From positions 744,001 to 808,000 of the forward strand of contig NW_025767546.1 in assembly GCF_003918875.1 (NCBI RefSeq): a stretch of DNA of 64,000 nt, written 5' to 3'. Below the pieces are notes generated by a model. It did no database searches. It was not told where the DNA came from and saw only the letters and a program-made list of their open reading frames with translations. Positions within the stretch are counted from its first letter, which is position 1. Each line of letters begins with the position of its first letter. The translations under genes and the position numbers were made by a program. Below, in pieces: positions 54,933-64,000 of the stretch. The stretch comes from Haliotis rubra (lineage: Eukaryota).

Positions 54933-56174
54933 TTATTCATGGCGTCTCCTACTGACAACAGAACCTCTAGACATCCGCCCACTCTCAAGTTTTGCCTGGT
55001 GATCGACCGGGACACTGCCGACGGAAGATGCTCCATGGATTGGCGGTAAAACAAGTGGGATCCTGCTACGTCGCCGGCTGGGAGCTTCTTTCCGGGGACC
55101 TGATGGTGGGGTGGGGCAGATGCTCGCGGGGGAAGGCAGATGTGTTGGAGAGTTTCCTCCCTTCTTCTCTAAGGACGCTGTCTGCTTGGAGACGTTCACA
55201 ATTTTAGTGTTGCCTGAGATTAGCGGCAGAGATGTCGTCTGCTCATTCCTAGCTTTACCTGTATATGGCCGTCTTCGCGTGTGGCCTTCAACTGGAGGAG
55301 ATGGCATCTTCGGGGTCATTGCTGCCCTCTTCTCCTCGAGTACAAGCATCTGTCCGTCAGCATCGAAGCTTAGAGCCTTGAGTTTGTTGTTTTCTCTCTC
55401 AAGGCGAGTAATTGTATCGTTCATCCGGTTCATCTGCCTCTGGTAGGTATCCAGTTTCTGGAATCGAGCCTTGAGGTCGTTGATCTCAGCCTGGTCCATG
55501 GTCCAGCTGAGTTTCAAGTTATTGTATTCGACCCGGTAGTGTTCCAGATCCTTCACAATTTTCGCGTTCCTTCCTCTCTCCAGACGAAGTTCCTCACTTG
55601 TGGCCTCCAACTGCAGTCTATAGTCCTCGTTAAGGCCCATGAGATGATCCACAAAGCTGCAACAGGGAGAAAGAACATTCGGATAACGTATGGAAATGGA
55701 TGGATTGTCTATTGATTTGTCCTAAAAAGTGTTCCTACGTTTTAGAAGTTGAGTATTTGGCTTAACGTGGTACAACACACCTTTCCTCAACGCTGATTCT
55801 GTGACTCTTTGGAGAATCCTCACTTTTCAGTGAACTGTTGACATCAGACTGCGCCACACTTTTCTCTGTGACATCTACAACTTGACTGCCCGTGTCAGCA
55901 TCTGAAAGGTTTATAATCCCAAATTTGGAAAAGGGTACAGAAGAATATAAATGTCCTATATGTTTTGTTTACTGTATATTCAATTTGTCAGGTACAGATA
56001 CTGACTCATGACAATGTTTTCCAGTTATTTCATGCAAAAGTTCCATGTTTCGTACCATATACCATGGGTTCACTCACCGTTTCCTGGGGGAAGGGATGTG
56101 GATGGTGACTCTGGGATGGGGGACAGGACCTGTGTCCCTGCCCTCATGGCCAGTCTGTGTAGGTACCGGCCCAT
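54933..56174 (-). CDS. Uncharacterised coiled-coil protein with Pro/Arg-rich tail (3 coding exons, 313 aa)
   Basis: Exons 56078-56174, 55781-55901, 54933-55656 join in frame (942 nt) through GT-AG introns: MGRYLHRLAMRAG...SFVDHLMGLNEDYRLQLE...; AATAAA on minus strand at 54367-54372; CRE-like and E-box motifs at about 57452-57470. Confidence 0.8.
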
Positions 56175-57854
56175 CTGGGGAACATAGAAATTATACAGAA
56201 ACATACGTCGAGACATCAATGATGCTGCTCAGGAACATAAAACATATATATTGTATATGGGCAAAAGAAAATATACCGAGTTGTTTATTTTATGTAACTG
56301 TAAACAGAGAGAATTGAAAGAATATTGGTTACGTCTATTTAAACATCACCCATTGCTGGGTGAGCTGGGTGATTTTGTTTAAAAATATATTGATTCATTG
56401 AAGACTGAGATAGCTACAAGAACCCCACCGATTTTTTAAATGTAAATTTCAGCCGACAATAAGGGATCATTTTTAAAGATCCTTTTCTGACTTAAGTTAC
56501 ATTTTAAAACAATTAATGAACGCCTCGAGATGTTCTTTGCATTCTGATAAAGAACATCCATATGTTTGTGTTTCTGTATTTCTCATCTCAAGCCTCAACC
56601 ATAGAGAAAGCGGGGAGCAAAATGTAACAACAAAATGTAAATGTTTTTCACTTATAGGTGTGACTTGTTTTGTGAAATTTTGAAATGTAGAATACAAGGT
56701 AATACTCTTTAAAGTAATTCATGATGTAATTTTGAGTGGCTTTGTTTCAGAAACAAGTTTTTAATAAATATAAAGGAGAGGTGTGTAAGGGTAAGACTTA
56801 ACGAGTATTTTTTTTTAATGTCCACATCGACAGGGAAAAGAAAGATAGGTAAAGGGTTTCATTATTTCACATTGGACTACACATTCAGGGAGGGCCGTAT
56901 ATTTTTATATTTCAGAATATAAACAAACAGCTTCGACCAAAAATATAAGAATGTTCAGCAGCATTAAACAGGGAGGCTACGTGTATGATGTTCCCTGATG
57001 GAAGCGGTATTTTGTGATTCAATACAGCGTATACAGATAAGAACACGGTGTACATGATACATACATAGGTGTCCTGTTTTGACTTTTACTTGTGAGAAAC
57101 CGACTATTTAACAATAAATCCAACTACATATACTTGACATTGCTGTCATTTGTCACTTTGTTCAATGGCCAAGTCTCTGAAACCCTTCATTTAAATGGAA
57201 GACAGCTGAGCTAAGTATACATACAGCATGAGCGTTTAAAACCCTTTCCACAATCTCTACAACGCAAATAACCGTTCTGTCACCGTACTGTAAATACTTA
57301 CTACTGTCTTCTCATTAAAATGATGGACGCAAATACTTCTTTTAACTCTTCCAAATCCGTATTCCGTAGATACCGGTTGTGATAGAAATGCTGGACGTGC
57401 CGAGCTTGGACAAACAGAACTACTCACCACGCCTCCGACTTGTGATTGTGATGACGTAAAGTCACGTGACGCCTTGTCACTGAGGAAGTAGAACACAACG
57501 CTAGTTGAAATTTGCCGCGCGCGTACTTGGCGTTTCGCGAGCCATTGACCCGTTCCACAAAGCGATTGTAACGCTATGGTGATCGTGATTCCTATACCAC
57601 AACATAGACCTACGATCGTTGTAGCGCTATCGTTAGCTGAATCATAAACTGACCGAATACCGTTGCGTGGACACCCTCATGTCATATATGTTTTTGTCTC
57701 CATTTATTTATTTGTTTGTTTGTTTGTTTATTTATTGTATTATTTATTTATTTATTTATTTTATTATCCGGCATAACACTTCACTAAATGAACACCCTTA
57801 TTTATTCATAGTGTATTTATCATAGTTTATACGTTCCCAAATGGTCTTCGTAGA

Positions 57855-58090
57855 CCCGTAGATCTTGAACTGATCTTCAGTAACTCATGTTTGTCGTAAG
57901 AAGCGACTAACGGGATCGGGTGGTCAGGCTCGCTGACTTTGATGACACATGTCATCGTATCCCAGTTGCGTAGAGCAATGCTCGTGCTGTTGATCACTGG
58001 ATTGTCTGGTCCAGACTTGATTATTTACAGACCGCTGCCATATAGCTGGAATACTGCCGAGTGCGACGTAAACTAAACTCACTCACTCAC
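57855..58090 (+). mobile_element. SINE with (ACTC)n tail
   Basis: Reverse-orientation member of the 328-570 family, ending AAACTAAACTCACTCACTCAC. Confidence 0.85.
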
Positions 58091-60867
58091 TGAGTAATAC
58101 AACAGTTGCATTAGCATTTTGTTTGAGATTTTTGTTTATTATTTTGAAAAAAACGGCTGGTATACTTTTTTATTACCTTCAGTATATTCATAATAAAGTT
58201 TACTTTGAAAATTGAATTTGCTCTTTACAAATACCATACACCATTCGAACCATAGACTCCTGTCATGAAGATTGTCATGTATTTGGGGCTTACGTTTCTG
58301 TGTCTGCCCTCAACGAGAGATATAACAACTGGTTTCTTTGATAACTTTAAGAAATAAAGAAGCAAGAATTCATATTGATTCATTTTATCTCGGGTATCAT
58401 ACAGCTTATTCCAGACCCCAGTATCGTTTGATATTTCTACATCAAGAGGAATATAAAAATCTACCCCTTTAAATATATTGCTAAATATAACTAAATTTGT
58501 ACGTGGCGTTTTGGTGACACATCTTTGATTTGAAGGTGTGATCAGAGTTTATCTGTAATGTTCGGTAGCTTTCTTTTTACACGTGGTCGTATAACCACGT
58601 ATCACGTGTATTCATGGGTTAGCACAATGGATATAAGAACAACCAAATATTGCATGCCAAAAGTCACGGTTTTGTTTTTCGCTTTATCCATTCTGTTGGA
58701 GGATTGGACAAGAAAGGTATCAATTAAGTTCAAGATTATTTCGGGTTTCAAATCCTATTCCACTACGTGTTACGTTCTGTAAAAATAGGGGGCCGTTAAT
58801 GTCGACGTCACCAGACCCGACTACGCCTTTCATTAGTGCCAAGTAAATAGGGATTCATAATTCAAACTGGCAAGTGACCAGCGACGATTACCACACTTCC
58901 GAGTACCATAAACTTCATGAAGGGTTGCTAAGTTTCTACAAGTTTCTAAAAGTAGCAAAACTCACCAAACTGCAAGAATGACATTCTAAGCTTCATGAAG
59001 AACGATGTTCATTGAACATAAAAGCCAATGAGAGGTCAATATTGAGAGTTGTAAGAGATTCCATATTTTTGGCAATGCAGTATTTGATGAGCAACATTAT
59101 CTAGCTGATTACACACTGTACAATGCGCAGAAATATCGTTATTGATAATATTGTGGCGTAGAGATATAAAAATTTACGCTGTTTCTTATATATGTCTAAA
59201 TTAGATAAGTCTAAGGGAGGCAACTCTTTATTTAACATCGCTTATTTTCAGATTACCTCTCTTGTTTCGTGGCCTTCAATAATATGGCGTCAAAACAAGA
59301 CCGTCTGACGTGTTGTTCATTCAAGTGATCTTGACATTAATAACCCTTTATTGGGTATGTGTCAGTCACGCCACATATGGTGGAGATGCCGTAAGTTCCT
59401 CGGTTCATATTCATACACAAATTGACATTATGAAGTCCTCAGGTGTGAAATTAGAGACATTTCATGGCTTACCATGTGAAGACGTTGTCACGTGGTTGTC
59501 CAAATTTAAAGCATGGGTAACTCATCAAAGAAGAAAAAGTGATGGTCGTTTAGTTCAGGTCAACCGATTAAAACATGGTTGTTTGCGGATAACCGAGCCT
59601 GAAGACCCACCAGCACTCCAGAATGAGGACAGTTTAGAACCCTGCGTCCTCCATGAAGATGAAGTGGCAGACAACCCTCAAAAAGACACCACTGATGATG
59701 ACTCTAGTCAAAGTGAAGACAAACGACAAAAGTAATCTTCAACTGAAGATAATTCTAGCCAACCGGAGTCTCAGGATGAACTCTCCTCTCAAAATGATAC
59801 TATTGAGAAAATTTTGAGGATGAAATATTGTCAAAAGAAACGGTTTTACAGGGTGAAATGGTTGGATTCTGACTTGCTTTTGAACACCTTACTCCAACCT
59901 GCCAATTTTTTGTTGAAGAAACACATTCGCGAAATTCGCACTGACAGTCAAAGTCAGAGAAAATCTTGAACTGTTAGAAAACCTTAAAAAGTTTCTTGTG
60001 AATGTAGTGATGGAGTTAATTTTCAAGTTGTTTACAAGTCATGTTATAATTCTAGTTAAAAACTTTATAGGTTATTACAATTAATTTAGTTTTTGCATTT
60101 GCACTTGCATTTGTTTCAGTGGTAAGTATTTTAAGTAATGAAGAAACACTGATAACTGAGTGATGTACATGCTTGTTAATACTTGATGTATATCAAGTTT
60201 GTGTGTAAATGGAGCAGACATAATTTCTATTTGAAGATTACCTTTAGGAGATGATCATCTGTTTGTAATGTGTAAACATTTTAAGGATATTCACAGGAAT
60301 ATGTTTGTTGTACTTAAACTGTGATTCTATCCAGATTTGCACAAGTACCAGCAATCTATTTGCCTAAAAAGCAATGTATTTGCCTAAACCTTTTGATGAA
60401 AATGCACATTTTGTAGTCATATACCCATCATGTTATGGTAAAACTTGGTGGGTTTTTTTTCAGATTTTTTAAATTAAAGAGTGTAAACAGTTTAAGGATA
60501 TTCACAGGGATATGTGTTTGTTGTTCTGATACTGATATATTTTTCAGATTTGCTCAAATACCAACAATGTATTTGACTAAACCTTTTAATGTGATCACAC
60601 ACCCCATACTATTGTTGGTATTAGTGTTGATAAGTGTAAACGTTCATGTTTCAAAGCATTAATGTTTGCTGGTTTTAGAGAAAACGAATTCCACATCTTA
60701 TAGTATTAATTGTATGCCATGGTACTGTCATTAAGGATGTTATGGTATTGTGGTTCGCGCCCAGAACACCATGACATGATGCTGTACATGTCTATGTCAC
60801 CTCTCAATCTAGTTATTTTATGAAAATTATTATTTTTACTACAAAGTAACATTTTCTGTTGATATGG

Positions 60868-61568
60868 GAAATAGAGAATACTACACGAGGTCTCATTTTC
60901 GCGCGGTCAGATATCATAGGAAGGACACTCGTTTCGTATAATTCGTATGTAATGAGACCGAGTGTGGTATTTTATTTATTACCCACGTCTTACATGCATT
61001 AAATTGACAAAATAGCGTATTTTTAATTTTTTTTTATAGTTTCAAACAGAAACCGGTTTCATAAAGAGGTTGCGGAAGAGTTTGTAGTACACTATTTGCA
61101 TGACGTCACACTGTAATGACGTCACTGCCTTGGTAACCGACGTCACGATGCTTGTCAGTTGTCATCGCCTCGTACAGCCTCCTACAGAAAACTACTCCGT
61201 AGCACCCCGTTTCTTGGTTTGCAGTTGCTTCATTCGGCTAACATCACTAGTGGAAACATTGCGTTTATGTTTTTCGACGGATATAATGTCTCAGTTCGAC
61301 TCATAAATAAACAGCGACACGGCAACGTTCGCAATGTTTACATTCCCACAATGCATTTAGGTTGTAGAATGAATGAATTCACGTGTTTGTTAAGAATGAA
61401 AAAATAGTTACGTCAGAATGTGACCTAATTGAGAGGTCATCGGTTATCCAATCAAATCGTTAGAATCTCAGGTCAAGTCGTTACGACACAGGTCAACGCG
61501 ATACGACACTCGTGTGACGTACGAGATTAGTATGCAACTACCCATACGTTGACCACGTGGGTAATAAA
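60868..61568. mobile_element. Hairpin-terminated non-autonomous element (Crypton-like) nested in the Gypsy element
   Basis: Imperfect 5' palindrome (ATACTACACGAGGTCTCATT...AATGAGACCGAGTGTGGTAT) and inverted repeat TTTATTACCCACG / CGTGGGTAATAAA. Confidence 0.55.
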
Positions 61569-61671
61569 ACTATTTCTTATAAACATCTAAATTACCTCAA
61601 TGTTTTATTGTTCGAGTGGTTCTCAAAGTGGTTTTACAAAGTGAAGGGCGATGTGGCGTTGAGATATTTAC

Positions 61672-61998
61672 TAGGGCTAGAACGGTTGGTAATGGGTTGG
61701 ACCCACTACCCGGACCCGTTATTTTCATGTGATTAATTCATTAAACAATATAATATGTTATTCTTTCATGATAGGTTGTATTGTCTTTGAAGATTTAGAC
61801 ATAATTTACTGTCACTTCTTTTGAATATAATACATGGTTAAGGTATTGAAAAATAGACTTTTTAGCATCCGAGCTGAAGAATATATTGCCATTTCTTGCA
61901 AATTTGATGTCAGGGATTAACATAACAGGTATCCGGGTAGGGTAGGGTAAAAGGGGGTGGGGTACCCGGGTAGAAAATTTGGACCCGTCCCAGCGCAA
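61672..61998. mobile_element. hAT-type MITE inserted in the 3' LTR
   Basis: Perfect 8-bp TSD ATATTTAC (61664-61671, 61999-62006); degenerate TIRs TAGGGCTAGAACGG and CCGTCCCAGCGCAA. Confidence 0.85.
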
Positions 61999-62716
61999 AT
62001 ATTTACCTTATTTCTATATAGATTTCTAAATTAGATAGTTCAGTAATCTAAGGGAGACAACTCTTTATTTAACGGCGCTTATGATCGGATTACCCCACTT
62101 GTAGGAAGGAGAGTTTCGCAGCCTTGAATAAAATGACGTCAAAAGAAGATCGGCTGGCATGTTGTTCATTCAGGTGAACGTGACATTAATAACCCTTTAT
62201 TGGATAAGTGGCAGCCACGCTACAATACTGAGACATGCACCAAGACGACAATGAAAGTGTCAAAATCAGGAATTACACCCCACACAACTCGAATCCTGTT
62301 CAAGAGCACAGTTATATCAACTTAGATGTCACATTCACTATTGGGTTCGAACCAACTGGCAATACTAAACAGTTCCACTATATTCCTGTGAAGAATTCTG
62401 CTGTCTGTAGTCATTTCCTTATGCATAGTAAATGTAACTCTTCATACCATAAACTTACATAATAACAGTTATTTGAAACGTTATAAAAATAACCCAAAAT
62501 ATACATGTAGCAAATGATATCACGAGAAATGTGATATCACGTATCGCGCGTGGCACGTGCAGTCTGTGCACGATGAACTTACTCATTTTTTGCATGCTTT
62601 TTGACACCTGAAGTTCACACACCTGATAAGAATTGAAAATTGAATGACGGTTGATTATTCTCACGCCTGAATGTTGTGGAAAACACCTTAACTTAAACCT
62701 AAACTGGGCGTACGTC

Positions 62717-63590
62717 ATGACACAGCTTACAGAAAATCAGCGTTTCCGCGCCGTGGGTATGCTAGAGACTGGAATGGGCCAAAATGAAGTGGCCAGGCAT
62801 TTTGGTGCCCATCGAAACACGATTTCATCTCTATGGAGACTTTTTCAACACGAGAGATTTGCCTCGGACAGGCCGTCCAGGCATGACGTGACGTCGGCAA
62901 GACAACTACATTCGGCCGACCTATCTAAGGAATCGATTCCAGACTACCAGTTTGACTGCTCGGACCATTCCTGGCTTACGTCCAGTCAGTTCCAGGGCCC
63001 CGTTCCTCAAAGCGATCGTAGCGCTAAGGTGATCGTAACTCCCATACTTTAACATAGACTTACGACAGTCGTAGCGCTACGCTCGCTTTGAGGAACGGGG
63101 CCCAGGACTGTACGGAACCGACTGAGGGAGCACAACATCCGGCCCAAACGGCCTGCAATACGTCCAATTATGCTCCAACATCTCCGACTGGCACGTCTTG
63201 CCAGGTGCAAACAGCATCTACCGTACAGAAGACAAGATTGGGATGGCATTGTGCTCACTAACGAGTCGAGATTCACCTGGATAGCTCAGATGGCAGGACA
63301 AGGGTGTACAACCAGCGAGGTGAACGGTATGCTGACGCGTGCCTTGTTCAACGTCGACAGTTTGGTGGCGATAGCGTTATGGTACTGGGGATCATCACAT
63401 CGCATGGTCGGACACAACTTGTCATTGTCAATGGCAATCTGACAGGTCTGCGATACGGGGATGAGATAATTGGACCTCATGTGCAGTCGTTCTTCCAAGG
63501 ACAGAGGCGTCACTTCACGCTTCAGCAAGATAATGGCCGTCCACATGTCGCTCGTGTTGTGACAGATTTCCTGAGGCGACAGGGGGTATT
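62717..63590 (+). mobile_element. Tc1/mariner transposase relic, second family
   Basis: MTQLTENQRFRAVGMLETGMGQNEVARHFGAHRNTIS; TNESRF, FGGDSVMV and LQQDNGRPH motifs across frameshifts. Confidence 0.88.
62996..63102. mobile_element. 107-bp PIF/Harbinger-like MITE nested in the Tc1 relic
   Basis: About 30-bp TIRs GGCCCCGTTCCTCAAAGCGA...TCGCTTTGAGGAACGGGGCC; 3-bp TSD CAG; related fragment at about 57548-57635. Confidence 0.85.
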
Positions 63591-64000
63591 CGACCCCACA
63601 GAGGGTATTCGACTGTACATGAAAACCGGATGTTGCACCTCGGCAACAACCCATTTTCCACTGTACAGTTTTCCAGGGACCACCCAGGTTTCACGTTCTC
63701 GGTTAGTTTAAGGTATTCCCCATCTTTAATAAATGCAACACCTTAAATATGACGATATAACGTGTTTCTCCACCTATTTGGAACCAGATGATAATGATAA
63801 TGTTTCTGTTTTTGTCATAAATGCCTATTTCAAGCGGCTCTCCGACTGAAGCTGACCTAGCGATCACGAAAAAGCTTGATTTACACCTGATATTACACAA
63901 GTGATGACCACACGGTGCTTTTGTTCACTTTTACAACAAAATTAGTCTTATTCAAACTCCTGTGTGAAGCTTTAATGCTTATTTCTTAACATTTAGCGAG

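Larger units (their letters stand above)
59152..62224 (+). mobile_element. Internally deleted Ty3/Gypsy LTR retrotransposon with chromodomain remnant
   Basis: 5' LTR 59152-59375 (TGTGGCGT...ACGCCACA); primer-binding site TGGTGGAGATGCCG 59378-59391; gag-like FHGLPCEDVVTWLSKF joined to integrase-end LVQVNRLK; chromodomain-like IEKILRMK...FYRVKW; purine tract before 3' LTR 61652-62224; TSD ATAT/ATAC. Confidence 0.85.

Overview
AT-rich, intron-containing animal genomic DNA. It is probably a mollusc; the SINE families look abalone-like to me, which is recall and not verified. The window is dominated by five tektin-3/5-type genes. Four are head-to-tail on the minus strand (copy 1 runs off the window start; copies 2-4 are complete 9-exon, 458-aa ORFs). 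A more diverged fifth copy faces away from them on the plus strand (44393-49229). Only copy 5 has two homologous 86-nt versions of exon 3 that must be mutually exclusive to keep frame; the four tandem copies carry only the 3B type. The tandem units are sequence mosaics, differ in upstream CRE/X-box content, and carry decayed remnants of an unidentified protein-coding sequence. Downstream is a 3-exon, 313-aa coiled-coil gene with an SxIP motif. The rest is repeats: three Tc1 relics, a LINE fragment, tRNA-type SINEs, MITEs with target-site duplications (TSDs), an internally deleted chromodomain-bearing Gypsy element with nested insertions, and four minisatellites. Exon boundaries were read by hand from GT-AG sites and phase; there is no expression evidence.
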